A stretch of 30,645 bases of DNA from a virus. Taxonomy: Duplodnaviria > Caudoviricetes. The position numbers and the translations under genes are program-made. Below are positions 15,735 to 25,401 of the stretch, one piece after another. Every line of letters begins with the position of its first letter. The first letter of the stretch is position 1. The DNA lies in IMG/VR virus record IMGVR_UViG_3300042445_000566, positions 1 to 30,645 of that record; one strand, 5' to 3'. The notes under the pieces are model-generated. The model did not search any database, was not told where the DNA came from, and saw nothing but the letters and a program-made list of their open reading frames with translations.

Positions 15735-17966
15735 TTATCCGTTAAACGCCGCGCCAGTTGGTAAGATATTGAAATCAATTTGAATAAATTCAGCTGTCTT
15801 AGTTGGTTGTAAGTAGATAGCTCCTTTCATAATGTTTCTATCAATTACATCTGGTGTGTTGTTTGAATCATCCATCACAACTCTAAATGCGTAAAGTCCT
15901 TGTCTTTGTTGGATTGATTCCAAATAAGGATTTACAATATTTAAGAATCTGTTTCTAGTTTCAGAAGTATTTTGTTCGAATACTAAATATCTTGAAGTAG
16001 ATGCGATGTATTTTCTAACAGTTAATAATAATCTTCTTACATTAATTCTATCTAATGCAGATGGTTTATCTTGTAATGTCTTTTGTCCGAATACTACAAT
16101 ACCTTGTCCTGGAAACTGAACGATTGGATTTACCTTTCCTTCATATAATGTATCTTTTTCCGATTGAGTTAATCTATCCATTACACTAACTGCTCCAATT
16201 AAACCACCTCTATTTAAACCCGCTGGTGCAAACCATTCGGCTGCTACTCTATCATTTGCTGCAAATACTCCTGGCAACAATACCGATGGTGGAACTGTGA
16301 TAAGTTTGTTTGTATTTACATCAATAGTTTTAATCCAAGGGTAATAAAATGCTGCGTAGTTAGAATCAACTTCACCCGCTTGTGTTACAGTTTGTGCTAA
16401 TGTTGTATTAGGAGTACCCGCATCTGCAATAAAGAATGCATCACTTCTTTCTTCAACCATATCCAAAATAGATGTGAATGTGGATGAGTGTTGGTTTCTA
16501 TTAACACCAGGTGCTACAATCATATTAATATCGTATTCATCTTGATTAGATAAAGCCGCAATATGTTTTCCGTATGCAATAGAACCAGATGATAATGAGT
16601 TAGTAAGGTTAAATCCTTGTGAGTTTCCTGCATTAATATCAGAACCTTTGTATATAGGTGTTGTAGGACTCATACCATCAAAACCTTCTTGAAATGCTAC
16701 TATGAATTGTGCCGATGTTGAACCTACTGATAATGAACCACCATTAGTAGAATCTACACCAAATGCAATATTTGCTCCTACACCTGCATTATTAGGTATT
16801 GGTTTTAAGTAAAATACGTTATCTGTGTTATTATCCAAATCAATACCACCATAAGTAGTTGCTGAAGAAGTAACAAATGATGCTGATGGGATTAAACTTC
16901 CAATTCCTGCCGATGCTGAAATAGGTAATAAATATGCTCCATGAGCAAATGGTACTGCTTGAACTGGTGAATTTTCATTTAAATCAGAAACTCTGATATA
17001 TTTTGAGTTATTAACCCAATCACCATTTTCAGTTACTTTACCATCTGATGCAATAGTTCTTTTTCTATTACCAATTACTCTTTCAATATAGTTAGGAGAG
17101 TTAGGGTCTAAGTTTACATTTGAATAAGTTTCTAATACTACTTTCTTTTTATTTGTATCATTAAATTCTCTTACAACTACTGTAAATACACCATAATCAG
17201 TGCCATTTACAGAACCTGCTGCTTTAATGTTTGTAATTCCAATTTTAACTTTTTGATTTGCTGCGTTTCCTGCACCGATTGTTTCAAAACGGAAAAGGTT
17301 TGTTCTTTCTCCTGAAATTAATTGTGATTGAATAAATGGAGTTTTAGCTTCCTGTGCATCAAATGTATATGATTGGTCTGCTAATACCGTTACACTTGCA
17401 CTTGTAGCTGATACAAATGGAACATTATGATTTTTAAAAAATCCATAAACATAAGGTTTTTTTGCTCCAAATGCAGATAATCCAAATACAGATTCAATAT
17501 CATCCGTATCAGATGCTTCCAAAGATGCAGATAATAATCCTGCGTTTGAACCCGAAATTAAAAATTGACCAGATGAACCACTTGTTACCGTTGTTCCTGC
17601 AAAACCTGCGTTTGAACCACTTGCAGTACCATATATAATACCAACAGATGCTGATATTGAACCCGAAGTTACTGTTAATAATAAAGGAGCAGTTTCAGTA
17701 TATCCACCGATACCACCAACTCTACAAATTGTAGCAGTTCCTGCTTCTCTTAAATATGATTGTACTGCTAAAGGTGTGTAGTATGTATCATCAACTGTAC
17801 CGAACAAAGTTTCGAATTCTGCTTGAGAATTAACAATTGTTGGAACTAATGGTCCTTCTTTGAAAGGTCCGATGAAAGCTGCACCAATATCAGCTACACC
17901 TTGTTGTAAAAATGAAAGGTCGTTTTCTTTTGTAAAAACACCTGGTGATACTATTTTGTCTGCCAT
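15735..17966 (-). CDS. Contractile tail sheath protein (gp18-like)
   Basis: SPGVFTKENDLS, WFAPAGLNRG, GQKTLQ, DRINVRRLL, VFEQN, LQPTKTAEFI. Confidence 0.95.
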   Translation of the reverse strand: MADKIVSPGVFTKENDLSFLQQGVADIGAAFIGPFKEGPLVPTIVNSQAEFETLFGTVDDTYYTPLAVQSYLREAGTATICRVGGIGGYTETAPLLLTVTSGSISASVGIIYGTASGSNAGFAGTTVTSGSSGQFLISGSNAGLLSASLEASDTDDIESVFGLSAFGAKKPYVYGFFKNHNVPFVSATSASVTVLADQSYTFDAQEAKTPFIQSQLISGERTNLFRFETIGAGNAANQKVKIGITNIKAAGSVNGTDYGVFTVVVREFNDTNKKKVVLETYSNVNLDPNSPNYIERVIGNRKRTIASDGKVTENGDWVNNSKYIRVSDLNENSPVQAVPFAHGAYLLPISASAGIGSLIPSASFVTSSATTYGGIDLDNNTDNVFYLKPIPNNAGVGANIAFGVDSTNGGSLSVGSTSAQFIVAFQEGFDGMSPTTPIYKGSDINAGNSQGFNLTNSLSSGSIAYGKHIAALSNQDEYDINMIVAPGVNRNQHSSTFTSILDMVEERSDAFFIADAGTPNTTLAQTVTQAGEVDSNYAAFYYPWIKTIDVNTNKLITVPPSVLLPGVFAANDRVAAEWFAPAGLNRGGLIGAVSVMDRLTQSEKDTLYEGKVNPIVQFPGQGIVVFGQKTLQDKPSALDRINVRRLLLTVRKYIASTSRYLVFEQNTSETRNRFLNIVNPYLESIQQRQGLYAFRVVMDDSNNTPDVIDRNIMKGAIYLQPTKTAEFIQIDFNILPTGAAFNG

Positions 17967-18000
17967 TTGTATTCTAATTTAAAAATTTTATTATCTTAAT

Positions 18001-18008
18001 ATAAATAT
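18001..18008 (-). promoter_or_regulatory. Putative phage late promoter ATATTTAT (representative copy upstream of the sheath gene)
   Basis: The same 8-mer lies 21-52 nt upstream of nine start codons (+ strand ataaatat at 2082, 4655, 10975, 14073, 15715, 18001, 19805, 22420, 25373). Confidence 0.65.
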
Positions 18009-18035
18009 AAAAATTATTTTCAAAACAACAAAATT

Positions 18036-19781
18036 TTATTTGTATGTTGGTGAGAAGTAATTATATACTTGTGTAATTTCCGTTGAACTCAATGCTCTAT
18101 TAAAGAACAATGCAGGTCCTTGTTGGTATGTTCTATAAGTAGATGAACCACCTCCTATAATAGCAGTTGCTGCATTTGTTGCAGGGAAAGTTGATATAGT
18201 TGTTGCACCACTATTATTGGCAGTTGTATCGAAATATAAAATCATACCAGTTGATGCCGATACAACATATGATGCCATATACCAAACATTTGTAGATAAT
18301 GTTAAAACATTTGATGTAAAGAAAGTAAATGGTGTAGATATTGCCGATTCCCAAAATAATCTATAATTAACACCTGCACTATTTGTACTAAGACCCATAT
18401 TATAATCACTTCCTTTTCCAAAAAAGATAGCTCTTTGGTCTGCTGCGGTGAATCCCGTAGGTAATCTAAACCAAGTTACATATGTCATTGTACTAACATC
18501 AAAGTTAGTACTACCTGCATTTATATTTGTACTTCTATCTTTATACCACCCATCGGCATTACCATTTGTTAATGTCCAATATTTTTCTTTTCTACTTGCA
18601 CCATTGTTATATGCAGGGTTTGTACCAGTAATACCTGCTGTGTTTGTTACACCTCTAGGTCTAAAACCTGTACCATATCCAGTTAAATCTAACCAATCTG
18701 CCGTTGCAGTACCTGCCGTTGATGATGCCTTTGATGGGTCTAAGTACATTCTTAATCCAGAAGATGGGATATATGGTTGTGTGGTTGTGCCTTTGTTATG
18801 TGATATTACACCATTTGCCAAATAAACGTCAGCATTCTCCACATTAAGTGTTACAATTTCAACATCTTCTATTATTTTAGCAACATCATATACCAAAACT
18901 TCAACTAAACCATCGGTGTCATCATACGTTAATATTGAATCTCCTGGTAATATACTTTCAACATTTTTAAAGTGGTATTTTTGAATTTCAAAATCAAACA
19001 CATATAATGGGTGAGTTCCAGTTGCCTTTATTAAACCATTATTAACATTATAATATCCACTTGCAAAGTTAAATGTAATATCAGATACAGTTACATCTTG
19101 ATATGAACCCGTTGCAGTTTCTAATTTATAAAATCTCCAATCTAATTGGTCTGATTCCGGGTCTTGTGATTCATCAGGTAATCCAGCTGGTACCCATGCT
19201 TTAATTACATCACCAACTGCCAAATCTTCTACATTTACAATAGTATTATCTGCTTTTGTTACCGGAGTATCAAATAATAAACAAAAATCAGGTTGGTTAA
19301 TTGTATTATAAACATCAACTGCGTATAAAATTTTTGTAGTAGTAGAGTTATAGTTAGTTGCTGCCGTATTAAATCCATCGTTATAAGTCATTGATAACGT
19401 TGATTCTGCTTCCGAATATGATGATAAGGTTATTGCTGCGGGAGTGATTGGAAATGATGGAGATGCTCCTAATGATGCAACACCAACTGAAAAGTTTGCA
19501 TTATTAAATGATACTGTATAGTTTGCTGCAACACTACCAACTCTTGTAGCATGTGCAGTACCAGGACTTCCAAATGTAAATGTAGCATTTTCAGATGTAG
19601 ATTCTACAATATATGTAAAAGTTGGTGGAGTTACCGTTACCGAATCAATTGCAAATGCTCCAATGGAAATTGAAGTTCCTGCAGATGCGTTTCTAGCATT
19701 TAATGATGATGCTTGTGAAGTTCTTGCTGAACCTACAGTTGCTCTGTATAAATTTCCTAAAGATAAATTAGTTTTTGGCAT
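18036..19781 (-). CDS. Putative virion protein: N-terminal beta-rich domain + Hint (BIL/PT-Hint-like) domain + C-terminal LamG/ConA-like domain
   Basis: Hint C167-N329 (CLLFDTPV, ATGTHP, YLANGVISHN|K). LamG: GLRMYLDP...W.DL.G.G...FNRALSSTEITQVY. Confidence 0.85.
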   Translation of the reverse strand: MPKTNLSLGNLYRATVGSARTSQASSLNARNASAGTSISIGAFAIDSVTVTPPTFTYIVESTSENATFTFGSPGTAHATRVGSVAANYTVSFNNANFSVGVASLGASPSFPITPAAITLSSYSEAESTLSMTYNDGFNTAATNYNSTTTKILYAVDVYNTINQPDFCLLFDTPVTKADNTIVNVEDLAVGDVIKAWVPAGLPDESQDPESDQLDWRFYKLETATGSYQDVTVSDITFNFASGYYNVNNGLIKATGTHPLYVFDFEIQKYHFKNVESILPGDSILTYDDTDGLVEVLVYDVAKIIEDVEIVTLNVENADVYLANGVISHNKGTTTQPYIPSSGLRMYLDPSKASSTAGTATADWLDLTGYGTGFRPRGVTNTAGITGTNPAYNNGASRKEKYWTLTNGNADGWYKDRSTNINAGSTNFDVSTMTYVTWFRLPTGFTAADQRAIFFGKGSDYNMGLSTNSAGVNYRLFWESAISTPFTFFTSNVLTLSTNVWYMASYVVSASTGMILYFDTTANNSGATTISTFPATNAATAIIGGGSSTYRTYQQGPALFFNRALSSTEITQVYNYFSPTYK

Positions 19782-19792
19782 ATTAGTATGTG

Positions 19793-20791
19793 TTATTCTC
19801 CGTTATAAATATCTAAAAGTTTTTCTTTCCATACATCTTTATTTCCAAAATGTGTTTTCATCCAATCTTTTAGTTTGTGATGTTCTGTTTTTCTTTCTTT
19901 ATAACTATCTTTACAGATTTGCTCATAGGTTTCCTTAAAAGTTTCTGCATCTTTTGCTTTATATTTGTAGTCAAGGGGAATACACCAGTTTTCATGTAAT
20001 ATCGGTACTTTACCCCAATCAACTGCTTCAAATATTCCATATCCGAAGGGTTCATTTTCAAAACACGAGTGAGATACACCCCAATCAAGTCCGTAGAACC
20101 TTTCTTTAAATTTATAATCAAACTTATAAATTTTACTTTTTTCGAATTTATGTCCATATTTCTTTCGGTAATATTTATTAAATGTTTCTGAATTTGTAGA
20201 AATATAATTTTCAAATGGTTCTATGAACTCTAAATTCTTTCTACCTTCCGCTCTTGCGGCAAATCCAATTTTTAATGACTCCGAAACTTCTTTATTTACT
20301 GTAAATTCGTAACAATTTGGTATATGATATAAATTTTCTGTTTTATATGGAAAATGATATAATCCTACCCAAACTTTATTTTTAATTTTATCAATCATTT
20401 CTGATTCATATTCCCAATTACCATACCAATGTAAGTATTCTTCTTTTTCCATTTGTGCCATTAAAGACACTTTTGTTAAATTATGAAAAACGATTGAATC
20501 AATCTTTTCCAAATTTTTATGAATAGCTCTGGTTGGAGTGTAATGACCATGAAGAATATGTATTTTTCTTGCACCTTCCAAATGTTTTATAATTTCATCT
20601 TCAGATGTTTCCCAAATATGGTCAATATTGATTTGAAAATCCTCATAATTTTGAGGTTTATGTCTATGGAATAGAAGAAGTGGCTTTACCTCTAAATGAG
20701 GAGCCACTTCCTTTATCCATTGTGTTACCCACATATCTGCACCACTATTGAACCAGGGTCCTCCTGCGGTGGTATAGTAAACGTCGTACAT
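19793..20791 (-). CDS. Glycosyltransferase, GT-B fold, GT4-like
   Basis: N-terminal GG...SGA loop, FAAR...RKN, and the E-x7-E signature EPFGYGIFEAVDWGKVPI. Confidence 0.85.
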   Translation of the reverse strand: MYDVYYTTAGGPWFNSGADMWVTQWIKEVAPHLEVKPLLLFHRHKPQNYEDFQINIDHIWETSEDEIIKHLEGARKIHILHGHYTPTRAIHKNLEKIDSIVFHNLTKVSLMAQMEKEEYLHWYGNWEYESEMIDKIKNKVWVGLYHFPYKTENLYHIPNCYEFTVNKEVSESLKIGFAARAEGRKNLEFIEPFENYISTNSETFNKYYRKKYGHKFEKSKIYKFDYKFKERFYGLDWGVSHSCFENEPFGYGIFEAVDWGKVPILHENWCIPLDYKYKAKDAETFKETYEQICKDSYKERKTEHHKLKDWMKTHFGNKDVWKEKLLDIYNGE

Positions 20792-20796
20792 TTATA

Positions 20797-22368
20797 TTAT
20801 AATAAACCTTTTTCTTTCATTCTATCTTCAAAAACAGTAATTGTTGTATTTAATCCAACCATATCTGATTTTAATTTTTGTATAACAATATCTTGTTCTT
20901 TTATTGCTTCTACTAACAAACCAACCATTTTAGAGTAATCTAATGCTAAGAAACCATTTTCTCTTGTCTTAACCACTTCTGGTAAAACATCTAAAACATC
21001 TTGTGCAATTAAACCAGTTTTTGGAGTTTGTTTAGTTACTTCATCTACATCATCATTCCATTCCCAAGTCACACCATTTAATGCATTTACTTTTTCTAAT
21101 GCATTATCTATTAATTCAACATTATTTTTGTGTCGTATATCCGAAGTAAAGAATGCAGTAATATCACCCGTTGCAGTAATCGTTCCGTTAATGGTTAAAT
21201 TACCAAATGTTGGAGTTGCAGCTGAGTGAATACTTTGTGGTAATGATAATGTTACACCACCTGTTCCCGCACTTGCAATAACTTGGTTTGCAGTACCTGT
21301 AATTGAGGTAACACCACTATTTGCAATTGTTACTAAAGAACTACCATTATAAGATGTACCACTTAATCCAGTACCAATTGTTAAAGTTGCTAAGTTACCA
21401 CCCAATGAAACACCACTAATTGAAGAATTAGCTAATTGTGCGTTTTGAATATTTGTAATTTGAGATGAACCACTTACCAATGTAGGTAATGAACTAATAC
21501 CACTAAAAGTAATTTGAGATGAACCACTTACTACAGTATTTGTATTTAATGCAGTTTTAACACCACCCGTAAAGTGTGCAGAACCACTATCTAATGTTAG
21601 TGTTCTTGTTGATGAAATATCACCACCACCACTTAAACCATTACCTGCACTAATTAATACAGATGTATGGTCGATGTGTTTGTTTGCAGAATATCCAGTT
21701 GTTGAATCATGTGATATTTGTGAAGAACCCGATATTACACCATCCGTATTAATTTTAGTTTTAATCGTTGTATCGATTGAACTTGTAAATGAGTTAAATG
21801 AAGATGTTGTTGTAAAATTACTAGTTGAACCTAGTGAAGAAGATTGTGCAACATTTTGTGTAATATTACCACTATTATCTACAAATGAAATTGATGCAGT
21901 TGAAATTTGTACATTACCAATTTGAATACCACCACCTGCTACCGCAGTAATTGTTGTTACTACTTGATTGTTTGCAGGATTAACCATTTTGATTGAACCT
22001 GTTGAGATATATAAATCTCTCCAAAATTTAGTCTCTGAACCTAAATCAAATATATTGGTTGTTTGAGGAATAAGTGATGAACTTAAAGATGCTACAACAT
22101 TTACACTATCGGATGTGTTATCACCAATTGTAATGTTACCACCCAATGTTAAATTTCCTGCAATATTTGCGTTTCCCGTAATATCCAATCCAGAACCTGA
22201 AATAGCTCCAAAGTTTCCGGTACTTCCCGTACCTGTCGATGATAGTATGATGTCACCTGTTGCTCCACCTACTACTAATGTTCCCAATGTGGTGTTCACA
22301 TATGGTTCTCCGAATGCCAACGAACCGGATTGTTGTGCGGTACTACCGCGTCTAAATTTAAGTCCCAT
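20797..22368 (-). CDS. Tail fibre-like protein with C-terminal intramolecular chaperone (peptidase S74)
   Basis: N-terminal FRRG...GEP module, SGSSQI repeats, and SDIRHKNN...GLIAQDV...YSKMVGLLVEAIKE. Confidence 0.85.
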   Translation of the reverse strand: MGLKFRRGSTAQQSGSLAFGEPYVNTTLGTLVVGGATGDIILSSTGTGSTGNFGAISGSGLDITGNANIAGNLTLGGNITIGDNTSDSVNVVASLSSSLIPQTTNIFDLGSETKFWRDLYISTGSIKMVNPANNQVVTTITAVAGGGIQIGNVQISTASISFVDNSGNITQNVAQSSSLGSTSNFTTTSSFNSFTSSIDTTIKTKINTDGVISGSSQISHDSTTGYSANKHIDHTSVLISAGNGLSGGGDISSTRTLTLDSGSAHFTGGVKTALNTNTVVSGSSQITFSGISSLPTLVSGSSQITNIQNAQLANSSISGVSLGGNLATLTIGTGLSGTSYNGSSLVTIANSGVTSITGTANQVIASAGTGGVTLSLPQSIHSAATPTFGNLTINGTITATGDITAFFTSDIRHKNNVELIDNALEKVNALNGVTWEWNDDVDEVTKQTPKTGLIAQDVLDVLPEVVKTRENGFLALDYSKMVGLLVEAIKEQDIVIQKLKSDMVGLNTTITVFEDRMKEKGLL

Positions 22369-22427
22369 TTTAGTTTACTCTTTTTTTTAGTTTAAAGTAT
22401 AAGAAACCCCTATACCCCTATAAATAT

Positions 22428-25352
22428 CTATTTATTTTCCAATCGTTTAATTTTTGCTGATAATTCTTTGATTGCTTCAATTAATAATGGAACTATTTTT
22501 TCGTATTGAACTGCTTTGTATCCGTTATCTCTATTTGTTACAATTTGTGGAAGGATTTCTTCAATTTCTTGTGCAATTACTCCAATATCATTTCCTTTGT
22601 GAGAGTGAATTTCATCATATCCTTCTTTCCAATCGTATGTGTTACCACTAATCGATTCAACTTTTTCTAATGCGTTTTTAATTGGTTGGATATTTTCTTT
22701 TAATCTAATATCAGATGAATAAAATGCAGTAATATCACCCGTTGCTCTAATTTCACCACTCGCTCCACTTGAAGTAGTTCCAATACCCAATGAGCCAAAT
22801 TGAACATTTGATGTAGTTCCTCCACCGTTTGTTGATGATAAAGTTATTTGAGATGAACCCGTTACAACAGTACCTATTGCCGTTCTAATTTGGTCAGCAC
22901 TAACTGCACTACCTAATGCCGTAGCTACTCCTGCAATTGATATAGATGTATTTACTAATTGTGAGTTTGTAATACCACTAATTTGAGATGAACCAGAAAT
23001 TACACCCGATGGCAACAATGGTGGTATTTGTGCCGCTCCACTAACAATTCCCGCTGGTATTGAAGAAATACCCGAATAAGTTATTTGAGATGAACCACTA
23101 ACTACTCCCGTTGGCAATAATGATGGAATTTGTGTCGATGATGAGATTACATTATCCCCATCTGCTCTTAGCAATTTGGATTCAGCATCCAATGGTCCTG
23201 CTTTCCAATAATCATTCGTTGTATCCCATAGTAATGAGCCAGAATTAGTTGTTCCACTAGCATCTCTTACTACTAAACCCGCATTTGCACTACCTGCACC
23301 ATTAAGTTGAATAATATTATCTTTGATATTAAGAGTTGTACTATCTATAATAGTTGTAGTTCCTAATACTGTTAAATTTCCTGCTAAAGAAACATCTGTA
23401 CCACTTATAGTAATTGCCCCTCTTAAAGATGAAGTATATAAGTTTAACGATGTAACATCACTTGCTATAGAACTACTAAATGTTGTATAGTTAGTTGTTG
23501 CCGTAATATCAACTTGCGATGAACCACTAACTAACCCACTTCCACCGAATATTTGAGAACTACCACTTACTATTCCTGCTGGTATTGAACTAATACTTGT
23601 GTATGTAATTTGAGATGAACCACTAACTATTCCACTACCTTTTGTTTCGTAAGATGAAGTTGCTGCTTCTATACTATTTAATCTACTATTTGTAGATGTT
23701 GTAAATGCATTTAAATTATCAAATGCCGCAGTTAATCCTGCAGGAGTTAATAAATCTAAATCATATCTTAATCCATCTAATAAATTATCTACTGAAGTTG
23801 AATATGCATTAAAGAATCCAGAACCCGTCCATAAATTTAATGATGTAGTTACTGAATTTATTTGTAGAATCGAAGAATTTAAACTAGAAGTAGTTAATTC
23901 TATATTATCTAATCTAACATTTGTAGATGATGTATATGAATGTAAAGATGAAGTTACTAAATTCAATTGTCCAACTGAAGAACTAATTGATGCAGATGTA
24001 CTTTCTAAATTATCTAATCTAATTTTAGTAGATGCAGTAAATTCATTTGTTCCAAATATACTTGCAGTAAATGCATTTAATGAAGAAGTAGTTTGATGAA
24101 TACTTGCTAAATCACTATTTACCGATGCCGTATATAATTCTAATGATGAAGTATAAGTAGCTAATGTGGTATTTTTGTTTTCTTGAGATTGAGTAAATTG
24201 TCCTAATAATAAAATAGAATTATCTACACTTGCAGATTTACTTTGTAAGTTACTTAATCTACTATCTACTGATGTTGAATATACAGTTACACTATCACCA
24301 TTTAATCCAACAATTGTAGATGAACTTATTGAACCAACTACACTTAAATTTGTATTAATTGCAAATCTTGTATTAGTATGTTCCCAACTCATTGAAACAT
24401 TTGCTCCTGCTATTTCAAAACCTGAACCATCTGATGTTGCCGATGATAAAGAACCACTTGATAGGGTTATTAACTTATCTTCTACATAAACATTATTAAC
24501 ATTTAAAGAAGTTTGAGTTCCATCTACAATTAAGTTTCCTATTATTCTTGTATTTCCGCCAGTTACATCAATTGCAGTTTTTAAAGAAGATGTATATGAT
24601 TCAATTTCACCCAATCTACTATTTGTAGAAGATGTGAAAGTATTCATTGAAGAAGTATATGCTCCAATTACTATATCTTTTGTTTCTTGTGATGATGTAA
24701 ATGTATTTATTGAACCAGTATATGCCCCAATTACTATATCTTTTGTTTCTTGCGAAGAACTAAATGTATTTAAACTTGCAGTTGATTCTTGTAATCTATC
24801 TAATATACTATTTACACTACCAGTATAAGTTACTAATGTTAAATTCTTTTCCTCTTGTGATGATGTAAATAATTGTAAAGATGCCGATGCTAATTGCAAT
24901 TGGTCTAATCTACTATCTACTGATGTACTAAATGTTGAAATTCCTTCGTTTATACCGTTTATAGAACCACTAAATGAACCTGAAAAAGAAGTTGCGTGTA
25001 TTTCTTTCCAAACTTTTGAAGTAGAACCAATTGAATATGTATTTGATGGATTGGGGATTAAGTTTGATGTAAACTCACCCGTTGCAGTTATAGTATCTGT
25101 TGTTTGATTTCCTAAAAATAAATTACCAGAAATAGCAACATCACCACTAAAATATGCGTTTGATGCAGATAAGTTTCCTGTTAAGTTAATATTACCAACT
25201 GAGGAAGTATTTAATGCAAGTAGTGTGATAGGATTTCCATCACCAATTGCCACTTGTAAAGAGTTTTTTCCTTTGTGTAAATATAATTCACCATCTACTA
25301 TTGAAGATGATATATCAGTTGTTCCTCTTCTAATTTGAAATATAGCTGCCAT
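22428..25352 (-). CDS. Long tail fibre-like protein with coiled-coil shaft and peptidase S74 chaperone
   Basis: QIRRG...GELY N-terminus, Ser/Thr-rich heptad-like repeats, and SDIRLKENI...GVIAQE...YEKIVPLLIEAIKEL. Confidence 0.85.
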   Translation of the reverse strand: MAAIFQIRRGTTDISSSIVDGELYLHKGKNSLQVAIGDGNPITLLALNTSSVGNINLTGNLSASNAYFSGDVAISGNLFLGNQTTDTITATGEFTSNLIPNPSNTYSIGSTSKVWKEIHATSFSGSFSGSINGINEGISTFSTSVDSRLDQLQLASASLQLFTSSQEEKNLTLVTYTGSVNSILDRLQESTASLNTFSSSQETKDIVIGAYTGSINTFTSSQETKDIVIGAYTSSMNTFTSSTNSRLGEIESYTSSLKTAIDVTGGNTRIIGNLIVDGTQTSLNVNNVYVEDKLITLSSGSLSSATSDGSGFEIAGANVSMSWEHTNTRFAINTNLSVVGSISSSTIVGLNGDSVTVYSTSVDSRLSNLQSKSASVDNSILLLGQFTQSQENKNTTLATYTSSLELYTASVNSDLASIHQTTSSLNAFTASIFGTNEFTASTKIRLDNLESTSASISSSVGQLNLVTSSLHSYTSSTNVRLDNIELTTSSLNSSILQINSVTTSLNLWTGSGFFNAYSTSVDNLLDGLRYDLDLLTPAGLTAAFDNLNAFTTSTNSRLNSIEAATSSYETKGSGIVSGSSQITYTSISSIPAGIVSGSSQIFGGSGLVSGSSQVDITATTNYTTFSSSIASDVTSLNLYTSSLRGAITISGTDVSLAGNLTVLGTTTIIDSTTLNIKDNIIQLNGAGSANAGLVVRDASGTTNSGSLLWDTTNDYWKAGPLDAESKLLRADGDNVISSSTQIPSLLPTGVVSGSSQITYSGISSIPAGIVSGAAQIPPLLPSGVISGSSQISGITNSQLVNTSISIAGVATALGSAVSADQIRTAIGTVVTGSSQITLSSTNGGGTTSNVQFGSLGIGTTSSGASGEIRATGDITAFYSSDIRLKENIQPIKNALEKVESISGNTYDWKEGYDEIHSHKGNDIGVIAQEIEEILPQIVTNRDNGYKAVQYEKIVPLLIEAIKELSAKIKRLENK
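24631..24756. repeat. 63-bp (21 aa) tandem duplication in the fibre shaft
   Basis: Two copies encoding SQETKDIVIGAYTxSxNTFTS. Confidence 0.85.
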
Positions 25353-25401
25353 TTAAATCTGTTATGTTTCTTATAAATATAATAATATCTTTTTTCTTTG
25401 A

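Noticed and set aside
6955-17966. Bacterial eCIS/tailocin locus instead of a phage
   Set aside because: The tail genes are contiguous with a phage-type PolA and other phage hypotheticals. No host housekeeping genes or eCIS ATPase are present.
18795-19283. Canonical mobile intein with homing endonuclease
   Set aside because: It is only 163 aa, has no LAGLIDADG/HNH motifs, and the +1 residue is Lys. It was kept as a BIL-like Hint domain.
22407-22422. CCCCTATA x2 intergenic tandem
   Set aside because: It is only two 8-bp copies, overlapping the late motif, and no function can be supported.
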